Shown here: positions 1 through 8,578 of the stretch, piece after piece
How the letters are laid out: each line of letters opens with the position of its first letter
How positions within the stretch are numbered: the stretch's first letter is position 1
Source: Candidatus Poribacteria bacterium
Lineage (GTDB): Bacteria; Poribacteria; WGA-4E; JAJDTR01
Direction: 5' to 3'
NCBI GenBank assembly: GCA_965222225.1
Contig: CBDCTK010000002.1
Span: 2,432,001-2,496,000, forward strand
DNA: 64,000 nt
The notes under the pieces: model-generated
The model's input: the letters and a program-made list of their open reading frames with translations, nothing else
The model's database searches: none
What the model was told of the DNA's origin: nothing
Made by a program: the position numbers and the translations under genes

Positions 1-566
1 GAAATTGCGCTCCACAGATAACCGTCGAACTGCGTCATTGACCAGATACTGTTTCCTTGCTCCCATTCGTCGGATATGTCATGCCATGTCTCACCTTCAT
101 CATTTGATACGTAGGTGCCGGAGTGGTACGCCACAGCGATAATCTCGTCGAAGGCCACAAGGATTCGGCGAACTTGTCCGTAAATGCGCTCCCCGTCGTC
201 CCGTTCCGTAAAACGTAATCCGTCCCGAATCGGCTTCTAGGACTCGCCGGCGTCATCAGACCGAAACATGCCGTCCCAATATGTTCCGACATACACCGTA
301 TTCCCATCGACTGCAATCCTAAATGCGGTTATGTTGAAGTCGGACATATGCCGCCAGGTTCGCCCACGATCGTCGGATATGAAGATTCCGTAGCTTGCCC
401 CCGCATAGAGACGATTCTCGCCTGCTTCGAGCGTCTCAACTACGCCCAGGCCCACCCCGTCAGCAAGTTGAATCCATATTTCGGCATTCCCGTTCAGCCC
501 GCGCGTAAGCGCAGTTATTGTTATTAGGAAAATGAAAGCAGTTCGCATGAAAATTCGAGTCCACAT
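1..566 (-). pseudogene. Secreted BNR/Asp-box repeat beta-propeller protein with an in-frame TAG at 237-239; runs off the window
   Basis: Signal peptide (MRTAFIFLITITALT) and Asp-boxes SDDRGRTW and SDDAGES*. Reading through the TAG continues in frame as KPIRDGL...YVSNDEGETWHD, so the stop sits at the conserved Trp position. Confidence 0.75.
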
Positions 567-1379
567 TGTTGCACCACATCCCTTGAAAGACAAGCATCTG
601 TGCGTAACTTCTTTATGAATAGCCTCGGCCGGCAATTCAAAAGACAGAATTAATTGTTGGATATGCACTATCTGTATGCTCGACCCAAGCGCCGATACTG
701 TTACTACGGCGTTTTCTCTCGGAACTGATTGCCATTGGGTTAATTGCGTTAGAGGAGCGACCGCAAGTTGTGTGCCATTATGTATCACGCGCCAAAATCT
801 CACCCCATCATTTGTGGTTGTCCCACTCCATACGTTGCCCCTGACTCGGCACTACCCCACGAATCTCATCAAACCCGTCTGCCGATGTGTCACGGAGACA
901 CAATAGCGTTCCGTGCTTCCTTATCCAACAAGTGAACGCCAATGTTCATTTTTTGTACAAGAGGATCGTTGGCAATTCTCGGGACAGGACTTGTGTCCTG
1001 CAACTCTGGTAGAGCGCTAGTCCTTCGTGATAGATCTCTAATACCCCATCTCGGTGGAGCATTTCTCTAAAGCAACCAAATGTGGAAAAAGCTAAGAGCA
1101 GGGCTTAGCAAGCCCTGCGCACCCGCGTCTGACGCTGCCTTCAGGCACCGCCAGAATCAAATGTGATACCTCGGCAGATTGGCCTTTATCGTTGATATAA
1201 TGTTCAGGTTGTGATACGTTGATAGTTCCCGGAATCGCCCGCACTATTTAGCTTTTATCCTGCGGTCGCGTCAAGGAAGTCAATCTCGCCAAAGCCGACG
1301 GAGGAGTGGTCAATCGGTAGAGTCAACAACCATAAGGTACGTGCCGCTTTGGGTGGAGGAAAGGGTTGGGAGGAAAAGT

Positions 1380-1898
1380 ATGAGTCGAGCACCTTTTCAG
1401 GTACTGGTACTCCCCTATAGAATCACGCCGGATAACGCGGTGCAATACGCGCTGTTTAAGCGCGAACCTTCAACAGGCAGCTATTGGCAGGGAATCGCGG
1501 GAGGCGGAGAAGACAGCGAATCTCCACTGGAAGCCGCAAAACGAGAGACCCTTGAGGAAGCTGGCATCGACCCAAGCAACGAATACATGGAGCTTGACTC
1601 GCACGCGATGGTTCCCGTGGTAAACGTGTGCGGTTTCAGATGGGGGGAAGATGTTTTGGTGATTCCCGAGTATTGCTTTGGAGTCAAGGTCGCAGAGGAA
1701 CAGTTGCGGTTATCCTATGAACATACGGAGTACAAATGGCTGAGTTATAGGCGTGCCATGGAAATCCTGCATTGGGATAGCAACAAATGCGCGTTGTGGG
1801 AGTTAAACTTTAGAGTTCGGAGGGGGATGCGGGGAACTTCCGATAGCGTTGAGGGCCTAGTTCAGGATTCACCGGGCTTTGAACCGTCGCTTGTTTAA
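1380..1898 (+). CDS. NUDIX hydrolase (NudB/dATP pyrophosphohydrolase-like)
   Basis: Nudix box GGGEDSESPLEAAKRETLEEAG and EHTEYKW motif; ATG at 1380 follows an AGGA RBS. Confidence 0.85.
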   Translation: MSRAPFQVLVLPYRITPDNAVQYALFKREPSTGSYWQGIAGGGEDSESPLEAAKRETLEEAGIDPSNEYMELDSHAMVPVVNVCGFRWGEDVLVIPEYCFGVKVAEEQLRLSYEHTEYKWLSYRRAMEILHWDSNKCALWELNFRVRRGMRGTSDSVEGLVQDSPGFEPSLV

Positions 1899-1949
1899 GA
1901 ACACCAACTGGCAGGCAATGGTATGGTCTTCACCGTCATAATAAGCGGG

Positions 1950-2690
1950 CTAATTAACTATGGCATGGGTTTCTAATCCCGCAGAGCTGACATAGGCTAT
2001 GTCATCAAGAATGGGAACGCAACAACTCACATCCAACTCTGAAGCGAGGGCAACGTCCGTTTCGTATCCTCGTTCAATGAGTTCCACGCCAGAGACGCTA
2101 TTCCGAATCTTTTGCGCTAAATCGGTACCTGGTGCCCGGTACACGTCCAGAGCCGCCTGAGCCTCGGGCGAAAACGAACCGCTCAATTCATCAATAATAG
2201 CCCCCGCTCCGATCCAGTCCTCAAGACTCGGACGCAGGCTATTGTCTTCCCAGCGCTCTCCGGCAGGGATAACAGATATCCGATTCCCCAATCGAAGTGC
2301 GGCTTCGGCAACCGCAGAGGCATTTCGCAGACAGCCCGTGAGTGTAATCGTGTCCCTCGTGGCAAGGCTGAGCGAAGCGCCGTTTGGGGAAGGTAGAACC
2401 ACGCTAGTGCCCGTAGGAACGTCGACGAACGACGCGGGAGACAGGGAAAAACCTCCGGCTCCGCGCGGTGCCGCTAACTCCGCATCAACGGCTGTGGCAA
2501 ATTCTCCGGCGCGGCCGTCTTTCCACAGATAGGGGTAGACGGCAGCGCCTCTGGCGACAGCAATATCGACGCAGGTAGAGAAAGACAGGACATCGACAAT
2601 AATGACCACGTCGCTTGTAGGGGACAACCCAAGGACACCACCTTCGCCCCATTCACACCGGATGTTGTAGTTCGCTTGATGAGATTTCAT
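1950..2690 (-). CDS. 2-phosphosulfolactate phosphatase family protein (ComB-like)
   Basis: VIIVDVLSFST, SPNGA, GCLRNASAVA, AGERW and EDWIGAGAI motifs. Confidence 0.8.
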   Translation of the reverse strand: MKSHQANYNIRCEWGEGGVLGLSPTSDVVIIVDVLSFSTCVDIAVARGAAVYPYLWKDGRAGEFATAVDAELAAPRGAGGFSLSPASFVDVPTGTSVVLPSPNGASLSLATRDTITLTGCLRNASAVAEAALRLGNRISVIPAGERWEDNSLRPSLEDWIGAGAIIDELSGSFSPEAQAALDVYRAPGTDLAQKIRNSVSGVELIERGYETDVALASELDVSCCVPILDDIAYVSSAGLETHAIVN

Positions 2691-2698
2691 TATCCGTT

Positions 2699-3327
2699 AT
2701 GATTAAACACATAATTTTCGATTTGGATGATACGCTTTGCGATTACCGGAAAGCCAAGGAAAACGCAAGGCCTCACATTAACGAGGTCTTGAATACGTTT
2801 GGAATAGATATAGACGGATTTTGGAATCGTTTCAACCGAGTGGAACCCCTGTTATTCCGCCAGTTCGCCGACAGGTCTCTCACCCACGATTTCTCGAAAT
2901 ATCCTCTGAATTAAATCATATTCACATGCGGGAAACCAATCAGAAAACAGAGCTATTTTACGACACAATACCACTGATGAAGGTTCTACGCGCGAAAGAT
3001 ATCGAAGCCGTTATTCTCACGAATGGTCCCTCCGATGGCCAAAGAGCTAAGTTCAAGACTCTAGGATTGTCCCGGTATATTCAGAGAATCTATATCAGCG
3101 AGGAAATCGGTTTCTCCAAACCCAACCGAAGAGCGTTCGAGTTCGTTTTACGGGATCTTGACGCCGCCGCCCCCGACGTCTTGATGGTGGGCGACTCCAT
3201 TGAAAATGACATTGACGGAGCGGAGCAGGCTGGTATTAAAGCGGTTCTGATTGATCGAGGCGATATACACAGCGGGTACACTGGTATCAGAATCGTCACG
3301 CTCTCGGAGGTCATAGAATTGCTCTAA
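2699..3327 (+). pseudogene. HAD-superfamily hydrolase (YjjG-like), frameshifted near 2885
   Basis: Motif I (FDLDDTL) is in ORF 2699-2914; motifs II-IV (LTNG, SKP, VGDSIENDI) are in a different frame (ORF 2821-3327). Confidence 0.75.
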
Positions 3328-3350
3328 ATGGGAATTGCTGTTCCCATTGT

Positions 3351-3520
3351 CTATAGTCATTTATATTCATATTTACACATATTTGTCGGAGCGATCTCCT
3401 GATCGCGATTCCCCGTCGCGAGTAACGCTCGCTCCGACAGAATACGCGCAATAAATTGCACCACTCTAAACCGAACTGCGTAAATCCTGTATGTATAATT
3501 TTCAGTTGTAATGACTATAG
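3351..3520. mobile_element. MITE-like element (CTATAGTCAT family) carrying a REP-type hairpin
   Basis: Inverted termini CTATAGTCATT...AATGACTATAG; internal hairpin TGTCGGAGCGA...TCGCTCCGACA (3384-3439); related copies at 16565 and 49309. Confidence 0.65.
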
Positions 3521-3550
3521 GCAAGAATGAACGAGGTTTCAGGTGATATC

Positions 3551-4252
3551 ATGACCGAACATAAAGAGATAAAGGGCATCCTATTTGATTCCGGCGACAC
3601 GCTGGTACATCCAATAGGCGGGAAATGGTGGCCCGGGGCTCAATTCCACGAAATTCTTGATACCTACAACATACGGGAGCTATCATGGAGCCGGATGGAG
3701 GGCGCGCTTGAAGAGGGAATACGTTACCTTGACGACCATCATCACCTGATGACGGTAGACGAGGAGCGCGACCAATTCCGAACGTTCTATCGAATCCTGC
3801 TCGAAAATCTGGGGCTGCGTAACCCCGATATCAGTCTGCTTTCCGCGCTGACACACGCCCGAGTGGATGAAATTGATTTTGAACTCTTCAACGATACACA
3901 CCCCGTTCTGGAGAGATTGTATGAGAAAAGGGTTTCGCTCGGTATTATATCGGACGCTTGGCCCTCCCTTGAAAGCAAGTACCGACTGCTTGACCTGCGG
4001 AAATACTTTAAGGCTTTCGTCATCTCAGCCCAAGTGGGATGCTGTAAGCCTGACAGGAAGATTTTCGGAAGGGCGATTGCGGAATTGGAATTGCCCCCAG
4101 AAAAACTGCTGTTTGTGGATGACGATCCCCACTATGTGAAACAAGCGATAGGGTTGCGGTTAAACGGCATCCTTATGGTTCGCAGCGGCGAACCTACGGA
4201 TGTTGATGTTGAGTGGGTGAGGAATCTGGAGGAGATTGAGGCGCTTCTGTAG
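3551..4252 (+). CDS. HAD-superfamily hydrolase
   Basis: FDSGDTL, IISD, CKPD and FVDD motifs; alternative start at 3527. Confidence 0.85.
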   Translation: MTEHKEIKGILFDSGDTLVHPIGGKWWPGAQFHEILDTYNIRELSWSRMEGALEEGIRYLDDHHHLMTVDEERDQFRTFYRILLENLGLRNPDISLLSALTHARVDEIDFELFNDTHPVLERLYEKRVSLGIISDAWPSLESKYRLLDLRKYFKAFVISAQVGCCKPDRKIFGRAIAELELPPEKLLFVDDDPHYVKQAIGLRLNGILMVRSGEPTDVDVEWVRNLEEIEALL

Positions 4253-4257
4253 ACGTT

Positions 4258-4288
4258 GAAACCGAGTTTTTCCCGAAAACTCGGTTTC
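4258..4288. repeat. REP-like palindrome / possible terminator hairpin
   Basis: GAAACCGAGTTTT-tcccg-AAAACTCGGTTTC immediately after the HAD stop codon. Confidence 0.55.
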
Positions 4289-4452
4289 TAAACCACCTAG
4301 CTAGCGCCCAACCGTCCATACGGTGGCGTATTGAGGAATGCGGAGTTTGATAGTCAAGATTGGTTAAAGGGGAAATGGCTCTACCCGAAATGGATTTCCA
4401 AACAGGCTGTTAGTCTTCCCTGATTGGCACAGTTTATCTGCATAGAATACTC

Positions 4453-4481
4453 TTGACGCTATGTGGTAAATGCCTTAAAAT
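4453..4481 (+). promoter_or_regulatory. sigma70-type promoter for the defence operon
   Basis: TTGACG-17 bp-TAAAAT, upstream of GGGAG RBS and ATG at 4535. Confidence 0.55.
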
Positions 4482-4534
4482 GTTGGAAATCGTTATCGCC
4501 AATTCCGAACGGGCGCTTCTTTCAAACGGGAGAA

Positions 4535-7500
4535 ATGCATTCTGTATCGCATCAAACACCGATACTCGATCTCGACGATCTCCAACCCGGTGCATGTCTA
4601 ATCGACACGCTGCAACGAACAGAGAGAATTATCCGTCTAGTCGAGCGCCACAATTCATTTGTCCGACTCTTTTTTGAGAGTGAAGAAGAACCTTCTACTT
4701 ATTCCGTTACGGAACTGCAATCACGTTTCGAGATTGCATCTGGCTCATTTCGGGCTGATCCCGATATCGTGAGACTTGTTGCCGAAGCCCATCGCCTTCG
4801 ACACGCCTACCTGTTCAATCCCATCTTTGCCACAGAGACATCGCTTATCGATCCGTTACCACATCAGTTCATCGCGGTATATGACCATCTGCTGAAACAT
4901 TTCCCTTTGCGCTTTCTGTTGGCTGACGATGCCGGCGCCGGAAAGACGATTATGACAGGGCTTTACATCCAGGAACTGTTGCTGCGGAGGCAGATGGAAC
5001 GGGTGCTGATTGTGCCGCCAGCGGGGTTAATTGGAAACTGGGAGCGTGAATTTCGTGTCCTTTTTCGACTCAGTTTTCGCATTCTGTCAAGCGCCGATGC
5101 CGCGGATAACAATCCCTTTCTCGACCCGCAAAACCACTTAGCCATCGTGAGTCTCGACACGCTGCGACAGGAACGCATGCAGGAATACCTGTTTGAAGCG
5201 CCCTCTTACGAATTGATTGTCTTTGACGAAGCTCACAAGTTGTCGGCACGGTTTGAGTGGGACGGGACAGTCACTAAATCAAAGCGATATGAGTTTGCTG
5301 AGCGGATTGCCGCGCAAGGGAAAAGTCTGTTACTACTTACGGCGACCCCTCACATGGGAAAAAATGACGCCTACTACTTTCTCTGGCGGCTTCTGATGCC
5401 CGATCTACTCGCCGCACAAGAGGCATTTAATCGGTTGCCTGAATCAGAGAAGTCAAAGCATTTACTCCGCCGCATGAAGGAGGAGATGATTACTTTCGAC
5501 GAGAAACTGATTTACCCGCCTCGGATGAGTCGCACGATTGCCTATCCCCTTAAAAGTGGCGAAATCAGCGAACAGTCGCTGTATGATGCAGCCACCGACT
5601 ATTGTGAAAAACACTTTGATCTCGCCGGACAGTATAATCGCACCGCCGCCAAGATGGCGATGATGGTACTACAGCGGCGACTCGCCAGTTCAACCTATTC
5701 CCTATTGCAGAGTTTTATTAGACGTGAGGAAAAACTTCAAACCACCCTAAGCGAACTTCGTGACGGACGATTGTCATCGGAGACGCTGGACGAAAGGCAA
5801 GCCGCGCTTCCATCAGTTGATGTGAGAGAGGAAAAAACCGGTGACGAGGAGGAGATTTTTGATGGTAAAGAGGAATCCGAGCGGATGGATGAAGATCTTG
5901 CGCAGGCGACGAGCGCCAGATCGATTGAGGATTTGGAGGAGGAGATTGACCGTGTTCAATCCCTCACACAACTGGCACGGAAGGTTTACAACCTTAAATC
6001 CGAAAGTAAATTTGAGAGGTTGTGGGAAGCGCTTGAGGATTTCCCTGATACGAAGGTGCTGATTTTCACCGAACATAAAGACACGATGGATTTCGTTATC
6101 TGGCGCTTGGAAGCTTTAGGTTTCAGTGGAAAGGTCGCCCAAATCCACGGCGGCATGAAATATGATGAGCGTGAAAGACAGGTTGAGCATTTCCGCGACC
6201 CCAACGGCGTGCAATATCTTGTGGCGACGGATGCGGCTGGAGAGGGCATCAACCTTCAGTTCTGTTGGCTGATGGTCAATTACGATATCCCGTGGAACCC
6301 GGCGCGGCTCGAACAACGCATGGGGCGGATTCACCGGTACAAACAGAAACACACCGTAGTTTTGTTGAATCTGGTTGCCGAGGACACGCGCGAAGGCAGA
6401 GTGTTGAAAGTGCTGCTGGACAAATTGGAGCAGATGCGCCAGGAATTGAGTGACGACAAGGTTTTTGATGTCGTGGGTCAACAGTTCAGTGATATCTCTT
6501 TAACCAAACTTATCGAGCAAGCCATCACGGGGAATCAAGCCGATGCCGCCATCCGGACAATCAACAGCCGATTCACTTCCGAGAACATCAGGGGCCAACT
6601 CGAAGAGCAGCGAAACTCGGTTACAAGCAGCGAAATCAGACGCCTACTCGCCGGCGTTCAGAAGCAGAAAGAGTCTGCCGAAACGTTGCGCATGATGCCG
6701 GCTTACGTCCGCGGTTTCTTTCAAGAGGCTGCCGCGTTGGTGGGGTATGGGATTGAAGGCGATGTCAAGAAGATTTTCAAACTGTCGCTTTGCCCGCCAT
6801 TGGTACGAAGTGCCATTGAGAAATATCCGCCGCACTTGCACCAGCGGTTGACGTTCTCAAAGGAACTTGCGTTACCCGCGGAGTTCGACAAGCCTCAGGC
6901 TATTTACGTGCACCCCGGCGAACCGGTCTTTGAGTCAATTTTGAACCTGTTCTTGGGGGAATTTGAAGATCAAGGGAATCGCGGGGCGGTTTATGTCGAT
7001 TACCAGGCAGACGAGCCGTACCTGTTTTATTTGGCGAGAGCGCCGGTGCTGCGACACGGCAATCACGAACCTCACGTTCTCGACGAAGTGCTTGCGGGCA
7101 TTAAACGATTTTCAGATGGGCGGTGTGAACCCACGCCTGCCCATCTATTGTTGACCTTAGCGGCGCACCGAGAACACCACGCACCGATTTCGCACGACTG
7201 GATTAACCTTGGAGAAGACGTGCAGCTAGTTGAAACCCATGTCATTGAAAAACTTGGTAATCCAATGCTATCCGGAATCTGCGACGAACTGCAGTCGCAG
7301 TTGGCGGGGAAGAAGAAACAGATTCGGATCTCAATGAATCTACGAAGATCCGAACTGTTGCAACAGCGGGTTAAACTCAGAGAGGCTATCGGCAGAGCGG
7401 TGCCTGCGGCGCGGACAAAACTAAACGACTGCGAACGCGAACTTGATGAACTTCCTACGAAACGCGCGGCGCTTGAAGCCGGTCTCATTGAGGAGATCGA

Positions 7501-7945
7501 AAACACTCGATTGGGACCGGTATCCCTCTATCTTCGGGCACTGGTCGTGCCACCTGACGAAGAACCGGCGCCGAGTACCCATGACGCGGAGATGATAGCA
7601 CTCGAAAAGGCTATTGAGTATGAATGGGAACACGGCGCTCAGATTGAGGATGTGTCCGACCCACAACTCATGAGAGGGTTTGATTTGGAGTCCAGACGCC
7701 CAGACGGCGAAGTGCGCTACATTGAAGTCAAAGGACGGACGGGGATGACGAGCGTCGAATTGACGAGGAATGAGTGGAAGCAAGCCGAAAACCATCAAGA
7801 TCGGTATTGGCTGTACACGGTTTATCACTGTGAGTCAGGAAATCCGACACTATACCGCTGCCAAAATCCTCACGGAAAGGACATTGGTAAACCTATGGAG
7901 GGTGTGATTGTCAACGCTAGTGACATCATCAACAACTCCGAGTAA
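4535..7945 (+). CDS. SNF2-family helicase with C-terminal DUF3883 (PD-(D/E)xK-like nuclease) domain
   Basis: LLADDAGAGKT, DEAH, LTATP, TDAAGEGINLQ and QRMGRIHR helicase motifs; C-terminal GFDLES...YIEVKGR...ELTRNEW. Confidence 0.9.
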   Translation: MHSVSHQTPILDLDDLQPGACLIDTLQRTERIIRLVERHNSFVRLFFESEEEPSTYSVTELQSRFEIASGSFRADPDIVRLVAEAHRLRHAYLFNPIFATETSLIDPLPHQFIAVYDHLLKHFPLRFLLADDAGAGKTIMTGLYIQELLLRRQMERVLIVPPAGLIGNWEREFRVLFRLSFRILSSADAADNNPFLDPQNHLAIVSLDTLRQERMQEYLFEAPSYELIVFDEAHKLSARFEWDGTVTKSKRYEFAERIAAQGKSLLLLTATPHMGKNDAYYFLWRLLMPDLLAAQEAFNRLPESEKSKHLLRRMKEEMITFDEKLIYPPRMSRTIAYPLKSGEISEQSLYDAATDYCEKHFDLAGQYNRTAAKMAMMVLQRRLASSTYSLLQSFIRREEKLQTTLSELRDGRLSSETLDERQAALPSVDVREEKTGDEEEIFDGKEESERMDEDLAQATSARSIEDLEEEIDRVQSLTQLARKVYNLKSESKFERLWEALEDFPDTKVLIFTEHKDTMDFVIWRLEALGFSGKVAQIHGGMKYDERERQVEHFRDPNGVQYLVATDAAGEGINLQFCWLMVNYDIPWNPARLEQRMGRIHRYKQKHTVVLLNLVAEDTREGRVLKVLLDKLEQMRQELSDDKVFDVVGQQFSDISLTKLIEQAITGNQADAAIRTINSRFTSENIRGQLEEQRNSVTSSEIRRLLAGVQKQKESAETLRMMPAYVRGFFQEAAALVGYGIEGDVKKIFKLSLCPPLVRSAIEKYPPHLHQRLTFSKELALPAEFDKPQAIYVHPGEPVFESILNLFLGEFEDQGNRGAVYVDYQADEPYLFYLARAPVLRHGNHEPHVLDEVLAGIKRFSDGRCEPTPAHLLLTLAAHREHHAPISHDWINLGEDVQLVETHVIEKLGNPMLSGICDELQSQLAGKKKQIRISMNLRRSELLQQRVKLREAIGRAVPAARTKLNDCERELDELPTKRAALEAGLIEEIENTRLGPVSLYLRALVVPPDEEPAPSTHDAEMIALEKAIEYEWEHGAQIEDVSDPQLMRGFDLESRRPDGEVRYIEVKGRTGMTSVELTRNEWKQAENHQDRYWLYTVYHCESGNPTLYRCQNPHGKDIGKPMEGVIVNASDIINNSE

Positions 7946-8557
7946 TGAAAGCGGCTATTCCCTCATTTTCAATCAACCGAGAACGACTGGTTAGAGTCCT
8001 AAGATCGGAATTTGAACTTCGGGTGGATAATTTCGGCAAGAGACCCATGCCGGAAGCCCAAGAACTACGCGGTGTTTTTGCACACGAATGTTTGGTTCAG
8101 GAGATTACTACATTCGCCGATGAATCGCGAGTACCCCCACTTCAGTCAGGACAAATGGCATGAAATACTGCCGATTGCCGACGCTGAGTGGCTTGCACGT
8201 GTTTCCAGTAACTTAGAGCACCGGCGTCTCGGTGCTATGAATAGTGTGTTCTTCCTGTGCATGGCACAAGGGGATGCTAAGACGAAAGAAGAACAGATAC
8301 AGCGATGCCGAGATCAAGAGAGTATATTTACAGGGGACCGCGAGGAACTTGAGGCGTTTGCCACGTATTGGTTCGCGCGGAATCCATTTTTGTATGAAAC
8401 CACCCGACGCGCGTGTTATATCTTGCTACGCTTGGCAACTCGGGAGAAGCCCCATGTACGCCAACTTAAACTACCGATTATTTCAGCGGAAACGGTCTGG
8501 AGACGAATGAACGACCACCCGGCTTTTCAATCTTATATCCACATTCGCGAAGATTAG
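7945..8557 (+). pseudogene. Hypothetical ~203 aa accessory protein of the defence operon, apparently frameshifted at a C5 run (8134-8138)
   Basis: ATG overlaps the helicase stop (TAATG). Removing one C joins ORF 7945-8163 to ORF 8012-8557, which ends just before the methylase RBS. Confidence 0.5.
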
Positions 8558-8578
8558 GAGTAGAAAGGAATACGCGTA

